Shown piece after piece: positions 9,377-18,969 of a stretch of DNA of 64,000 nt. Positions within the stretch are counted from its first letter, which is position 1. Each line of letters begins with the position of its first letter. Location: positions 62,001 through 126,000 of IMG/VR virus record IMGVR_UViG_3300027793_000052. One strand, written 5' to 3'. The position numbers and the translations under genes are program-made. The notes beneath the pieces were generated by a model, which saw only the letters and a program-made list of their open reading frames with translations, did no database searches and was not told the DNA's origin.

Positions 9377-9711
9377 AAAAAATAAAATCAGAAGAATATA
9401 TTACATGTGCTGCCATATGGTATAAAGATTTACCTACACAAAGACTATTACCTAAAAACATTGATAAAGGAATTGTTGTTTGCGGTCACAGACATGGTAA
9501 TTGTATTGATATCGTGTCAACACTTTCTCAACTGAGGACAGTACAATTTGGTCCCGATAGTGTGGGTGAAACCGAACAGGGTTTTATGACATCCAAAAAT
9601 AGGTTTGTCGATAGAATAGAAGCTATGAGTATTGCAGTAGAAAATGAACAAGTGAATGAAAATGAATTACATAATCCAATGATAGGTTTATTTAGTGAAG
9701 ATTTATATTAA
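9373..9711 (+). CDS. conserved phage hypothetical protein
   Basis: ATGA-coupled start at 9373; CGHRH, QGFMTSKNRFVDR.EA, LFSEDLY. Confidence 0.7.
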   Translation: MKKIKSEEYITCAAIWYKDLPTQRLLPKNIDKGIVVCGHRHGNCIDIVSTLSQLRTVQFGPDSVGETEQGFMTSKNRFVDRIEAMSIAVENEQVNENELHNPMIGLFSEDLY

Positions 9712-9720
9712 ATTTAAATT

Positions 9721-10098
9721 ATGACAAAAGAAACATTAAAACAATTAATTGAAATTGAATTCGATAGGGTTGAAACAATATCACAATTTAAATCAGAAGT
9801 CTTTAGACTTATTGATTTGTATGAACAAGATAAGCCATCTACAGTAGTACCTATCATAAGTAATGAACCTGATGAGGTTATGTATGCTGAAATTTGTGGA
9901 TGTAACCCTAAAAATGGTGGCAGTGGTATGTGCGGTTGTATAATGGGAAATAAAATGGTACCCAATCCTAAAAAATATGGACAACCTAAATCAAATTTTG
10001 GGACCACAACGGGGATAGATATAGATTTACAAAATCCTTATTCACCCACAGCTAAGTGGATAACATCAAATAATATAAGATCAAATAATATAAGATAA
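9721..10098 (+). CDS. hypothetical protein
   Basis: CGCNPKNGGSGMCGC motif. Confidence 0.6.
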   Translation: MTKETLKQLIEIEFDRVETISQFKSEVFRLIDLYEQDKPSTVVPIISNEPDEVMYAEICGCNPKNGGSGMCGCIMGNKMVPNPKKYGQPKSNFGTTTGIDIDLQNPYSPTAKWITSNNIRSNNIR

Positions 10099-10101
10099 AA
10101 C

Positions 10102-10293
10102 ATGAAAACATTTATACAATTATCATTAATAGGAGTTTTACTGATGTACTTGGCCTTTTCATTTATTTCATGGAAATTAAACCCCTCATGTTGGGAACAA
10201 GGTACTAGAGCCATGTTGGTATTCATATCTTTTGGTTGGATACTTATATCGGGTATTATTGCCGCAGGAATAGAAGATATGAAAAACAAATAA
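10102..10293 (+). CDS. small membrane protein
   Basis: two hydrophobic segments. Confidence 0.6.
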   Translation: MKTFIQLSLIGVLLMYLAFSFISWKLNPSCWEQGTRAMLVFISFGWILISGIIAAGIEDMKNK

Positions 10294-10294
10294 T

Positions 10295-10531
10295 ATGGAA
10301 AATAAAATAAAATATCCCATACTTGCTTACGCTCCAGGTTTCTATTTGAGTAAGTGTGTAAACTGTGAAGAAGAATTCATGGGTGATAAGTATGCAAGAC
10401 AATGTGAAACTTGTGCAATAAACCAATTAAATGATTTATACAAAGAAACATCACAAAAGTTGATGGAGGCAAATAAGACGATATTGAAATTAAAAGAAAT
10501 TAAAGAATTCCTAAATAAAACTGAACTATAA
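10295..10531 (+). CDS. small Zn-finger protein
   Basis: CVNC...CETC. Confidence 0.6.
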   Translation: MENKIKYPILAYAPGFYLSKCVNCEEEFMGDKYARQCETCAINQLNDLYKETSQKLMEANKTILKLKEIKEFLNKTEL

Positions 10532-10536
10532 ATAAC

Positions 10537-10734
10537 ATGGAAGAGATAACGATTTATAAATTTCAACTTGAAAGGATAGTTGAAGCACTTAGAATTACTT
10601 CAAACATACATAATTGTAACAAGTTAGAAACATCACATGATAGACAAGTTAGGTCTGCCTTACAATACGCTAAAAACGCTTTAGAAGGTAACAAAGAGGT
10701 GGAAGTAAATTATATGACAGGAAAAAATAAATAA
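10537..10734 (+). CDS. hypothetical protein
   Basis: ORF in operon. Confidence 0.55.
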   Translation: MEEITIYKFQLERIVEALRITSNIHNCNKLETSHDRQVRSALQYAKNALEGNKEVEVNYMTGKNK

Positions 10735-10735
10735 T

Positions 10736-11311
10736 ATGGGACTAATAGAACACGCAAAATTAGAATTAGAGATGGCTGGTTTATTTTCTGGTGAAGGTGA
10801 CTTTTATGATGGTATGACAGGTAAAGCAGTCATGGAATTAATAGAAGTATTTTCCAAACAAGGACATTCAGGGATGTCAGCACCCATTGTCACCGACTTA
10901 TTTCGTAAATTGGCTAATTATGAACCATTACAACCTATCACTGGTAAAGATGAAGAGTGGGGTGATGTGAGAGATTTAGGTGATGGGCGATCTTGGTATC
11001 AAAATAAGAGATGTTCGGCTTTATTCAAAGACGGTAAAGACGGAAGACCTTATTATATTGATGCTATTGTTAAAAGAGACCAAAGAGGTATAACATGGAG
11101 TGGAATGGCTTGGTTAAATGAAGAAGATTGGTTAAATGGAGATAGAACCAAAATGATAGATAAACGGGGTTATGTTAAATCATTTCCATTTACACCTAAA
11201 ACCTTTTATATTGATGTAAGGGATGTTGAAGTTGCAAAAGATGATTGGGAAAGTTTTATTGTTGACCCATCACAACTAGATGAAGTTAGAGAATATTATG
11301 ATTTAAAATAA
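10736..11311 (+). CDS. conserved phage hypothetical protein
   Basis: HAKLELEMAG, FSKQGHSGMSA, QNKRCSALFK. Confidence 0.7.
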   Translation: MGLIEHAKLELEMAGLFSGEGDFYDGMTGKAVMELIEVFSKQGHSGMSAPIVTDLFRKLANYEPLQPITGKDEEWGDVRDLGDGRSWYQNKRCSALFKDGKDGRPYYIDAIVKRDQRGITWSGMAWLNEEDWLNGDRTKMIDKRGYVKSFPFTPKTFYIDVRDVEVAKDDWESFIVDPSQLDEVREYYDLK

Positions 11312-11331
11312 TTTTTCCTTATATTTGTATA

Positions 11332-11706
11332 ATGAAAGGTACATTAAACTTAAAAGACACTGGGTGGTTTGTATTATATTGGGATAGAGATCCGCATTAT
11401 TTCGGACCACAAGGAATGTTGAAACAGAGGGTTAAAGAAATATCTGTTCATCGAGAAAGTCTATCCAATCCATTCCTATCAACATATTGGGTTGATGGTA
11501 GAGAAGTTGAATTTGAAATCATTTATGAAAGTGATACTGATGGTTGGTTTGATGGGAAATCGGCTAAGATAATTCACGATGATTATATTGGTGAAGATGG
11601 TTGGGATAGAATTGTAAGGGAATTATCTGAACAAGATATAAATGGTGTTTACGAAACTATGAAATGGTTAAAGGAAAATTATAACCCACCAAAAAGGAAA
11701 GAATAA
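11332..11706 (+). CDS. hypothetical protein
   Basis: own TATATTTG promoter. Confidence 0.65.
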   Translation: MKGTLNLKDTGWFVLYWDRDPHYFGPQGMLKQRVKEISVHRESLSNPFLSTYWVDGREVEFEIIYESDTDGWFDGKSAKIIHDDYIGEDGWDRIVRELSEQDINGVYETMKWLKENYNPPKRKE

Positions 11707-11710
11707 TATC

Positions 11711-12001
11711 ATGGTACATTATTTAAGAAATGAAAAAAACAATACAATAATTGAGTGTGAAACAATCAAAAAGTTGGGTGAGGATAACGACTTACATTCT
11801 AATATTGATGTGGCAGAATATTCAGACTTGTTATACTTTAACCAAAATAAGTTTTATGAAATCAAATGGGATTTTGATATTTTACATAATATAAGAAGAG
11901 AATGGTTTGAAGGGTTTCCAGAAAGTTCAATGGATGACTTTGTAAAATACCATTATAGTAGAATTGCTAATAAATATAATCTAAACTATATGACAGATTA
12001 A
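11711..12001 (+). CDS. hypothetical protein
   Basis: ORF in operon. Confidence 0.6.
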   Translation: MVHYLRNEKNNTIIECETIKKLGEDNDLHSNIDVAEYSDLLYFNQNKFYEIKWDFDILHNIRREWFEGFPESSMDDFVKYHYSRIANKYNLNYMTD

Positions 12002-12002
12002 A

Positions 12003-12281
12003 ATGAAATCACAAGAAGAAATAAGGAAAATAGCTACTAAGTTTTATAGAAATAATGGTAGTGGTGGAGGACAATATACTGAAGGTTACATAGATGGTAC
12101 GTTAAACGGCTTTGTTGATGGTTACACTAAATGTCAAGAAGATAAAAAATACACTGAAAGTGAGGTTATTGAGTTAATGAAAAAATCTATTGAATGGGGT
12201 GTTGAATTAGGGAATGGAACAGTTCAACCAAGCGATTATGGTAATACAGATAATTGGATTAAAAATAACTTAAAAAAATAA
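12003..12281 (+). CDS. hypothetical, GFxxGYxxCQE family paralog 1
   Basis: GFVDGYTKCQED. Confidence 0.65.
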   Translation: MKSQEEIRKIATKFYRNNGSGGGQYTEGYIDGTLNGFVDGYTKCQEDKKYTESEVIELMKKSIEWGVELGNGTVQPSDYGNTDNWIKNNLKK

Positions 12282-12282
12282 C

Positions 12283-12549
12283 ATGAAATCGAAAGAACAA
12301 ATAAATCAACTAGCTAAATCAGAAATAGAGAGACATAGAGCTTCTACTAGTTCTGTCGACCCTTCAAAAGATATGGAAAGGTTCAAAGGTTATGTGTTAG
12401 GTTATACTCAATGTCAAGAAAATATGAAAAAAGAAATGTATGAATTTGGTAAAAAAGTCTTAGATACGTTTCATTCTGAGGGTAAAACACATAGTGGTGA
12501 GGATAGATTGGCAAGGATAAAATATCATGAATGGTTTAATGGATTGTAA
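12283..12549 (+). CDS. hypothetical, GFxxGYxxCQE family paralog 2
   Basis: GYVLGYTQCQEN. Confidence 0.65.
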   Translation: MKSKEQINQLAKSEIERHRASTSSVDPSKDMERFKGYVLGYTQCQENMKKEMYEFGKKVLDTFHSEGKTHSGEDRLARIKYHEWFNGL

Positions 12550-12640
12550 TGAAAAAACTAAGTGAAGACACTATTGTTGGTTTAATTTTTGGTATTATAG
12601 GTATAATTTATATTGTTTTATTAGTTGAATTTATATTAAA

Positions 12641-12997
12641 ATGAAAAAGTCAGATGATGAAATACAAACTCTATCAGAAAAAGAGTTAAAACTAATAGAC
12701 AATGTTGTTCATTTAACCTCAACAACTGAAGAAGAAAACATATTCCACCAAGGGTTTTATTCTGGTTATAGAACTTGTGAAAAAGAAGATTATAAAAAAG
12801 GTTCAGAAAACTTTATAATGGGTGCTGAATGGGTTGAGGAAAAAATTAACTCTATCACAGATAGGGATATAAAAATACAGGCAGAAATAGAAAGTGTTGG
12901 TGAATACTTAAGTGGAAGTCCGTATCAAAAAACATATGAAGATGGTTTTATTAAGGGTATTGAATGGTTTAAATCATTAATTAAAAATAAGTTATGA
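12641..12997 (+). CDS. hypothetical, GFxxGYxxCQE family paralog 3 (repeated motif)
   Basis: GFYSGYRTCEKE, FIMGAEW, GFIKGIEW. Confidence 0.65.
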   Translation: MKKSDDEIQTLSEKELKLIDNVVHLTSTTEEENIFHQGFYSGYRTCEKEDYKKGSENFIMGAEWVEEKINSITDRDIKIQAEIESVGEYLSGSPYQKTYEDGFIKGIEWFKSLIKNKL

Positions 12998-13383
12998 AAG
13001 CATCAGAATTAAGAATAGGAAATTTAGTAAATTTAATGCTAAACCATGAAGATTTTGAAACAATACGTGTTGATGTAACTGATTTGATAAACATACCTAA
13101 TGGAGGTGTATATGAACCTATACCTGTAACTGAAAAATGGTTTGAAAAGTTCGGGTTCTATAGAGATGGAGAATATTGGAGTAGGGGTATTAATGATTAT
13201 AAATATTGTTTTAAATATAGGGATTGGGCTGATAACTGGGCATTTTATCAAGAGTTTACTGACAGTCCTGATGATAGAGATGATGGCGTAAAATACCCAA
13301 TTTCATTTGATATTAAGTATGTACATCAATTACAAAACTTATGGTTTGCTTTATTATTTGAAGAATTAACAATAAAGGGATAA
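12994..13383 (+). CDS. conserved flavophage-type hypothetical protein
   Basis: MKASELRIGN...YEPIP.TE.W..KFGF...IKYVHQLQNL.FAL. Confidence 0.7.
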   Translation: MKASELRIGNLVNLMLNHEDFETIRVDVTDLINIPNGGVYEPIPVTEKWFEKFGFYRDGEYWSRGINDYKYCFKYRDWADNWAFYQEFTDSPDDRDDGVKYPISFDIKYVHQLQNLWFALLFEELTIKG

Positions 13384-13384
13384 A

Positions 13385-13810
13385 ATGAAACCAAAATTTA
13401 ATGTTGGGGATAAATTGGAAGCCAACCAATTTGAAAGAGAACAATATGGAATTGAATATGTTACCATCACATCCATCAATGAGGTTGGACAGGTTTATTA
13501 TTGCGAGGCAGATTGGAACAATAATAAAATATATTTGGGCCATTTTTTTGATGAGGCAAAGATTTATGAAGATGGTTATGATGTATACTGCCCCATTTGC
13601 ACGGGCTGTGGTGAAGAAGGTTGTTGTAGCCCATTAATGTGCAAACAATCACAAGACGGTCATTATTGTGAAAGTTATTTAAGGGATTTAAAATTTGGCT
13701 ATAAAATGTATAATGACATTTATGATTTAATCCCAAAAGATGAAGAAACAAAGAAAAAATTGGATGAGATATTCGATAAAAATTATGAACGATATTATAC
13801 CCCAAAATAA
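13385..13810 (+). CDS. KOW-like plus Cys-cluster protein
   Basis: MKPKFNVGDK N-terminus; CPICTGCGEEGCC...C...C. Confidence 0.65.
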   Translation: MKPKFNVGDKLEANQFEREQYGIEYVTITSINEVGQVYYCEADWNNNKIYLGHFFDEAKIYEDGYDVYCPICTGCGEEGCCSPLMCKQSQDGHYCESYLRDLKFGYKMYNDIYDLIPKDEETKKKLDEIFDKNYERYYTPK

Positions 13811-13849
13811 AAACCAAAGCTTTTTATCTTATAAGAATATTTATAAGAT

Positions 13850-14332
13850 ATGAGAAATCTCATCAAAAAAATCATAAAAGAAGAACTTAAAAAAGATAAA
13901 ACCATAACCTGCAACAATTGCGGATGGTCTTGGAAATTATCTGAAGCAGGAAATGATCCTTTTAATTGCCACAAATGCTTATCCAACAACAATCAAGTTA
14001 CAATAAAAGAAGAAACAAAAGAAAAATACCCAATTTCAATTGGTGATGTTTTTAGGGTTAATAAGGAAAACATATTGATTATGATAGAATCAATCAAATG
14101 CAACCCCAAAAAAGCTAGGGTAATGACAAAACATACAATATTTGGGAACCATGAAATTTTCCATGATGGTTGCGATGTTTATTATCTCAGAAGCATAGAC
14201 GGTGGTGAAACATGGTATGATGATGATGAATCTAAAACAGAACTTAATTGGATTCCGGTCATAATTTCAAACGGCCATTGGAAATTGTTACATGGTGGGT
14301 CAGAAGATATTGGAGATTTTTTCCCAGAATAG
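13850..14332 (+). CDS. leader-bearing Zn-ribbon plus KOW-like two-module protein
   Basis: ATATTTAT upstream; MRNLIKKIIKEE; CNNC/CHKC; internal TIKE-E junction. Confidence 0.7.
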   Translation: MRNLIKKIIKEELKKDKTITCNNCGWSWKLSEAGNDPFNCHKCLSNNNQVTIKEETKEKYPISIGDVFRVNKENILIMIESIKCNPKKARVMTKHTIFGNHEIFHDGCDVYYLRSIDGGETWYDDDESKTELNWIPVIISNGHWKLLHGGSEDIGDFFPE

Positions 14333-14336
14333 TTAA

Positions 14337-14366
14337 TTGCCAAATAAAATAAAATTCTTATATTTG
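14337..14366 (+). promoter_or_regulatory. Bacteroidota-type (early) promoter
   Basis: TTGCCA-N16-TATATTTG. Confidence 0.65.
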
Positions 14367-14370
14367 TGGT

Positions 14371-14712
14371 ATGATAATAACAATAATCATATCATCCGTT
14401 ATATTAAACATTGTTTTAAGCACAATGGTTTATTCTTTAACCAAAGAAAAACCCAAAATAATTTATAAGGAAAAACCTGTGGAGAAAATAGTATATAAGG
14501 ATAAAATTATATACAAGGATAAGATTGTGGAAAAAATTGTCTACAAAGACAAACCCATACACCAATTTATTCCAAAGGTGGAACCAAAAGTTAGCAAAGA
14601 AAAACAAGAACTTTTGGATGCCCTTAATGAATTAAAGAAGAAAAAGAAAAAATCCAAGAAGGACCAAGAAAACATATACACAATAGAAAAAGTTTTACCA
14701 AACCTTAAATAA
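14371..14712 (+). CDS. membrane-anchored protein with IVYKDK repeats
   Basis: N-terminal TM; repeated EKIVYKDK. Confidence 0.65.
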   Translation: MIITIIISSVILNIVLSTMVYSLTKEKPKIIYKEKPVEKIVYKDKIIYKDKIVEKIVYKDKPIHQFIPKVEPKVSKEKQELLDALNELKKKKKKSKKDQENIYTIEKVLPNLK

Positions 14713-14844
14713 TTTAAACCATGACAGTAATATTATTATTATTTATTTTCATAACCTTGGCATCAATCAATAACAAAATTAAAAGATAAAATGTAGAAAG
14801 TTTAAAATAATTTTATATCTTTGTAACATTAAGAAATAGAAATA

Positions 14845-15249
14845 ATGACAAACGAATTTATCCCATACGAAGAAGCATTAGCCCTAAAAGAATTAGGGTT
14901 TAATGATGAATGTTTTGGATTTTATGATGACCAATATAATAAAGATAATGGTTTATATTTAAACGATAGTATAAACTTAAAAGGGAGATTTATTTATACA
15001 AAAGCACCAACATTCTCACAAACATTTAGATGGTTTAGAGATGAAAAAAGTATATCTGGAGAAGTTTACTCTGGAGATTTTGGAGGATGTATAGAATATA
15101 GCTTCCATATAAGAGATTTATATACTGAAAAAGAAATATTTGATAACTTTTTTGGGGCTGGAGGTTCTTATAGTGGTACATTCAATACTTATGAAGAAGC
15201 AGAACTTGCTTGTCTTAAAAAATTAATTGAAATAGTTAAACCTAAATAA
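14845..15249 (+). CDS. conserved flavophage-type hypothetical protein
   Basis: FIPYEEALALKELGF.D.CFGFY, APTFSQ.FRWFR, YEEAE.ACL.KLIE. Confidence 0.7.
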   Translation: MTNEFIPYEEALALKELGFNDECFGFYDDQYNKDNGLYLNDSINLKGRFIYTKAPTFSQTFRWFRDEKSISGEVYSGDFGGCIEYSFHIRDLYTEKEIFDNFFGAGGSYSGTFNTYEEAELACLKKLIEIVKPK

Positions 15250-15307
15250 TATGAATAAAGAATTAAAGTTTGATGAACCTTGTTTTGGGTTTTATAATGA
15301 ATTATGT

Positions 15308-15337
15308 AAAACCCTGAGATAATCCTCGGGTTTTTTT
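15308..15337 (+). terminator. intrinsic terminator, near-identical to 17088-17114
   Basis: ACCCTGAG-ATAATC-CTCGGGTTTTTTT. Confidence 0.75.
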
Positions 15338-15403
15338 ATTTCTAGGGACGTAGTCCGGGTATATATTTACACTATCCACATAAATCATTAGATTTACAAT
15401 AAT

Positions 15404-15637
15404 ATGGAATTAAAAGTCGGCAAAACATATATAACAAATAACCATCCTGAAATAGATAGTGATTTGCATAATAAGAGATTTATGGTTATAAGTTCTGAGA
15501 AAATACAAGATACACAAATTTACCTATTAAAGTTTGACCATTGTGAAAAACAACGTATGATAAATGAAGTTAATGTTAGTAAATATATCACAGAATCTAT
15601 AGAACCATTAAGACATTTAAAACTACATAAGATATGA
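15404..15637 (+). CDS. small KOW-like protein with basic C-tail
   Basis: MELKVGKTY...IEPLRHLKLHKI. Confidence 0.6.
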   Translation: MELKVGKTYITNNHPEIDSDLHNKRFMVISSEKIQDTQIYLLKFDHCEKQRMINEVNVSKYITESIEPLRHLKLHKI

Positions 15638-15807
15638 AAAAAGAAAATCATAAAAAAGATTTATCCCAACAAAAAGAAGAATTATATAAGAAGTGGGAAA
15701 ATACAGGAATATTCGATAATCTAAGAGGTGGTTTAAAAGAAAATATTTCAAAGTTATATGAATGTTGTGCTTCATCAATTATTTTATCTGGGGATACAAA
15801 GAAATAA
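15634..15807 (+). CDS. 57-aa protein resembling the N-terminal arm of T4-type major capsid proteins (not in track)
   Basis: ATGA-coupled; KKWENTGIFDNLRGGLKENISKLYECCAS. Confidence 0.5.
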   Translation: MKKENHKKDLSQQKEELYKKWENTGIFDNLRGGLKENISKLYECCASSIILSGDTKK

Positions 15808-15867
15808 TATATGGATGAATTTAAATATGACACATTTGAAGAATGGTTTGATAAAGATAAGTAAATT

Positions 15868-16146
15868 ATGAAGGTAATAAATGTAGAATATCCAACAAAC
15901 CCCAAACAATTATACGAAGGGGAGTTTGTCAAATACTCAACCCAAACAAGTAGATATCCACAATCACTTGGTGGTATATGGTATTTTATGGATGAGGTAA
16001 AAAAGAGTTGTGAAAAATTGGGTTACCCTGGCATATTCTTATACAATGTAGAAGAAATGGCAGATGTACCTATAAACGATAGACTAGAGAAATCGGTATA
16101 TATTAGATGGGATTTTATTAGAACACATAACAGAAGAAATGGTTGA
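15868..16146 (+). CDS. hypothetical protein
   Basis: ORF. Confidence 0.55.
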   Translation: MKVINVEYPTNPKQLYEGEFVKYSTQTSRYPQSLGGIWYFMDEVKKSCEKLGYPGIFLYNVEEMADVPINDRLEKSVYIRWDFIRTHNRRNG

Positions 16147-16254
16147 TGCCTATGTTAAAGAAAAATCACAAGAGTTTGAATGGTCATTTAAAACCTTTCT
16201 TATGGTTAAATTGGGATATATTGGCATGGATGATAATGGTAAATGGATTAAGGA

Positions 16255-16452
16255 ATGAAATACTTTAAGAACAGTGAAGTAAAAAAGGCACTAAGAGAAA
16301 GAAACATACATATCATAAATAATTGGTTACACTTAAATTTTAAATGTGGCCCACAGGCAACAGTTACATATGATAATGATTTCCCAATCACCTTACAAGG
16401 AAAATATGTTGGCGTTGAATGTAACTGTGGTAAAACATTTTATGAAGAATGA
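16255..16452 (+). CDS. small Cys-containing protein
   Basis: C...CNCG. Confidence 0.55.
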   Translation: MKYFKNSEVKKALRERNIHIINNWLHLNFKCGPQATVTYDNDFPITLQGKYVGVECNCGKTFYEE

Positions 16453-16691
16453 AAATCCGTAAACATCTAAAAACCTTATGGGATGATGAAATAAAAATCA
16501 TAACCAATCATGAAGAATTTATGCAGTATGGTAATGAAGTTTGTAGAAGGGGAAAGAATTTCTGGAATGACCCAAATCGAACAACAATAAGTTTCGATGA
16601 ATTTGATAATATTCCTTATGACTGGGATAAAGAATATCTAAAAATAGTAAAAAGAAGGAATCACGAAACCGTATATAGAATAAAGTATTAA
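16449..16691 (+). CDS. hypothetical protein
   Basis: ATGA-coupled ORF. Confidence 0.55.
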   Translation: MKIRKHLKTLWDDEIKIITNHEEFMQYGNEVCRRGKNFWNDPNRTTISFDEFDNIPYDWDKEYLKIVKRRNHETVYRIKY

Positions 16692-16711
16692 TAATAGATA
16701 TTTATTCTTAT

Positions 16712-17098
16712 ATGAGAAACCTAATCAGGAAAATATTAAAGGAAGAAGTTATTAAAAGTTTTCTAATGGAACTTGATTCTTTAAATATACCCAAAGAAGA
16801 TTATATCATATTTGGTTCAGGCCCCATGGCAATTAAAGGATTACTTGAACCTTCAGACCTTGATGTTGTGGTAAGAGAAAATGTATATAAGGAAATGTTC
16901 GGTAATAAGGAACCAATAAGAATCGGTAATATAGAATTATGTTATACATGGCCTGATATGGATATAGAAGAATTATTTAATAATGTAGAATGGTATGATG
17001 GTTATCCATTTGCCTCCATTAGTATGGTAAGACAATATAAGAAACAAATGAATCGACAAAAAGACATAGAAGATTTAAAGTTATTAGACCCTGAGTAA
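16712..17098 (+). CDS. leader-bearing minimal nucleotidyltransferase (pol-beta superfamily-like)
   Basis: MRNLIRKILKEE; IIFGSGPMA...SDLDVVV (hG[GS]...DxD); RQKDIEDL. Confidence 0.65.
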   Translation: MRNLIRKILKEEVIKSFLMELDSLNIPKEDYIIFGSGPMAIKGLLEPSDLDVVVRENVYKEMFGNKEPIRIGNIELCYTWPDMDIEELFNNVEWYDGYPFASISMVRQYKKQMNRQKDIEDLKLLDPE

Positions 17099-17114
17099 TC
17101 CTCGGGGTTTTTTT
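17088..17114 (+). terminator. intrinsic terminator
   Basis: ACCCTGAG-TAATC-CTCGGGGTTTTTTT. Confidence 0.75.
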
Positions 17115-17511
17115 ATGTTATAGATGTATCGTTAGACCTGAAGTCTACTCGGACTGATGTACTGAAAACTAACACTTATTAGTACCATAATTATATTCAT
17201 GTGTGGATACCCTCGATCCGGTCAATAGGCAACGCTATTTGCCAAATGGAGTAAAAATCTCGATCTTGGTGGGGGTATGTGGTAAAAAGTGGTAAATAAG
17301 GGTAATTTATGACACGAAATGTTTTTTATGCCACGGTAAGTACTATAAGAAATCCATTGAAAAAGTTTGCCAAACCAAAAGGGAACTGACCCCTCCGCGA
17401 ATTTCCTGACAAATTTTCAGGCTAGTCCTCCCCATTTTGTCATGTGACAATATGACATGTTGAGAAAAGCCAGTGTACCGTAATTGGGTTTTACAGTACA
17501 CCGACATTTTG

Positions 17512-17640
17512 TCATCCTACTTGTACTTGTATTACACCCTTCTCTGATCGGGATGTAGCGTATATTAGACTTGGCGTCCAATATTCAACACCTTTAACAA
17601 CATATTTGTAAAGGTAATAAGGTTCATTTATTGTTTCCAT
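17512..17640 (-). CDS. 42-aa hypothetical protein (not in track)
   Basis: METINEPYYLYKYVVKGVEYWTPSLIYATSRSEKGVIQVQVG; promoter-like TATCTTTA upstream. Confidence 0.5.
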   Translation of the reverse strand: METINEPYYLYKYVVKGVEYWTPSLIYATSRSEKGVIQVQVG

Positions 17641-18024
17641 ATATTAAAGATAATAAGAATTTTTCTAACTATCAAGATATTTATATTATATACGTTAGGT
17701 TTTTCTACATGTTTTATTACCTATCCCGAAAAAAATGTAGGACAAGAGGTTAATAGGATTTATCCCGTCCCAAAACTATTAAGACATATATAAACAATAA
17801 ATCACTTATGATTAAGGTTTATTTAAATTATTTCTCCTGGTAGAGATTAGATAACAGTTCTGAGGGACTTCTTTATGATGGTTTAAAAAAAATCGATAAA
17901 TTATAAGGTTTTAAAGTTTTTTTTGATACACCTAGAGATGGGTGTTTTGTTGTGCTCATCTGTACAGATTGTATGTATTCTTAATATTAAATTTTATTTT
18001 ATTATCTGAATATTTATTATTGAT

Positions 18025-18831
18025 ATGAAAAATCTAATTAAAAAGATATTGAAGGAAAATGATTTTAATCCAGATGATTTTAGTTGGGTTAATTTGGAAT
18101 TGGAACCAATTAGAGATCGTAAACATAGATCGGAAATTATTGAAGATACAATAGCCAAAGTTAAAGAATATAAGGGTTGGAGAATATATAAGGATAAATT
18201 TAATGGTGTGGTTTATTGGGATGGTACTGAAGGTTACACTGGTATGGCGACACCTGAATGGGATGAGGCTTTTAAAATACCTGTTGATATAAGCTATCAT
18301 AATGATTATGATAATGTAACTGTTATACATACCCCTGAATTTAAATACGTTGTGGAGTTACAGGAATGGTATAGTAAAAATTATTTTGAGATTGTGTATA
18401 AAGTACTAACCGATTATATAAACCAAGATGAGGTACCTGGTATAATTGAAACAAAAAGTTTAATTAAAAAGATATTGAAGGAAAATGAATGGGAATGGGC
18501 AGAAGATTTGATTGGTGGTGATAGTTTATATGCCAAAGCCATGTCATTAATTCCTGAAAACCTTAATGAATATAATAGATGTCTTATTTTATTTGAGAGG
18601 GAATTAGATTGGGATGAAGCCCAAATTTTATTAAAAGTCCTTAGGGAGAAAGGTTGGAAGATAACTGAAGTTTCGGATGATAGTAGAATTAAATGTATTC
18701 TTAAATATAGTAAAACTCACGAAGGATATGTTAATTTAAAAAATCCTTTTATTTCATTTGGGGATTCTAGGTATACGTACAACAATGTTAATTCTGTTAA
18801 GTGGGAAGATGTTTTAAAAATTAAAATTTAA
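18025..18831 (+). CDS. leader-bearing protein made of two fused leader genes
   Basis: MKNLIKKILKEN at the start and KSLIKKILKENEWEW internally (18451-18500). Confidence 0.75.
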   Translation: MKNLIKKILKENDFNPDDFSWVNLELEPIRDRKHRSEIIEDTIAKVKEYKGWRIYKDKFNGVVYWDGTEGYTGMATPEWDEAFKIPVDISYHNDYDNVTVIHTPEFKYVVELQEWYSKNYFEIVYKVLTDYINQDEVPGIIETKSLIKKILKENEWEWAEDLIGGDSLYAKAMSLIPENLNEYNRCLILFERELDWDEAQILLKVLREKGWKITEVSDDSRIKCILKYSKTHEGYVNLKNPFISFGDSRYTYNNVNSVKWEDVLKIKI

Positions 18832-18969
18832 ATTTTTTATTGCCAATTAAATTATTTTCCTTATCTTTGTGGTATATTGATATGATGTTATAATCATATC
18901 TTGCCACTAACAAATCTTCTTTAGGGGCCGTGTATACTCCAACACAATCAATTTAAAAAATTTCATTAT

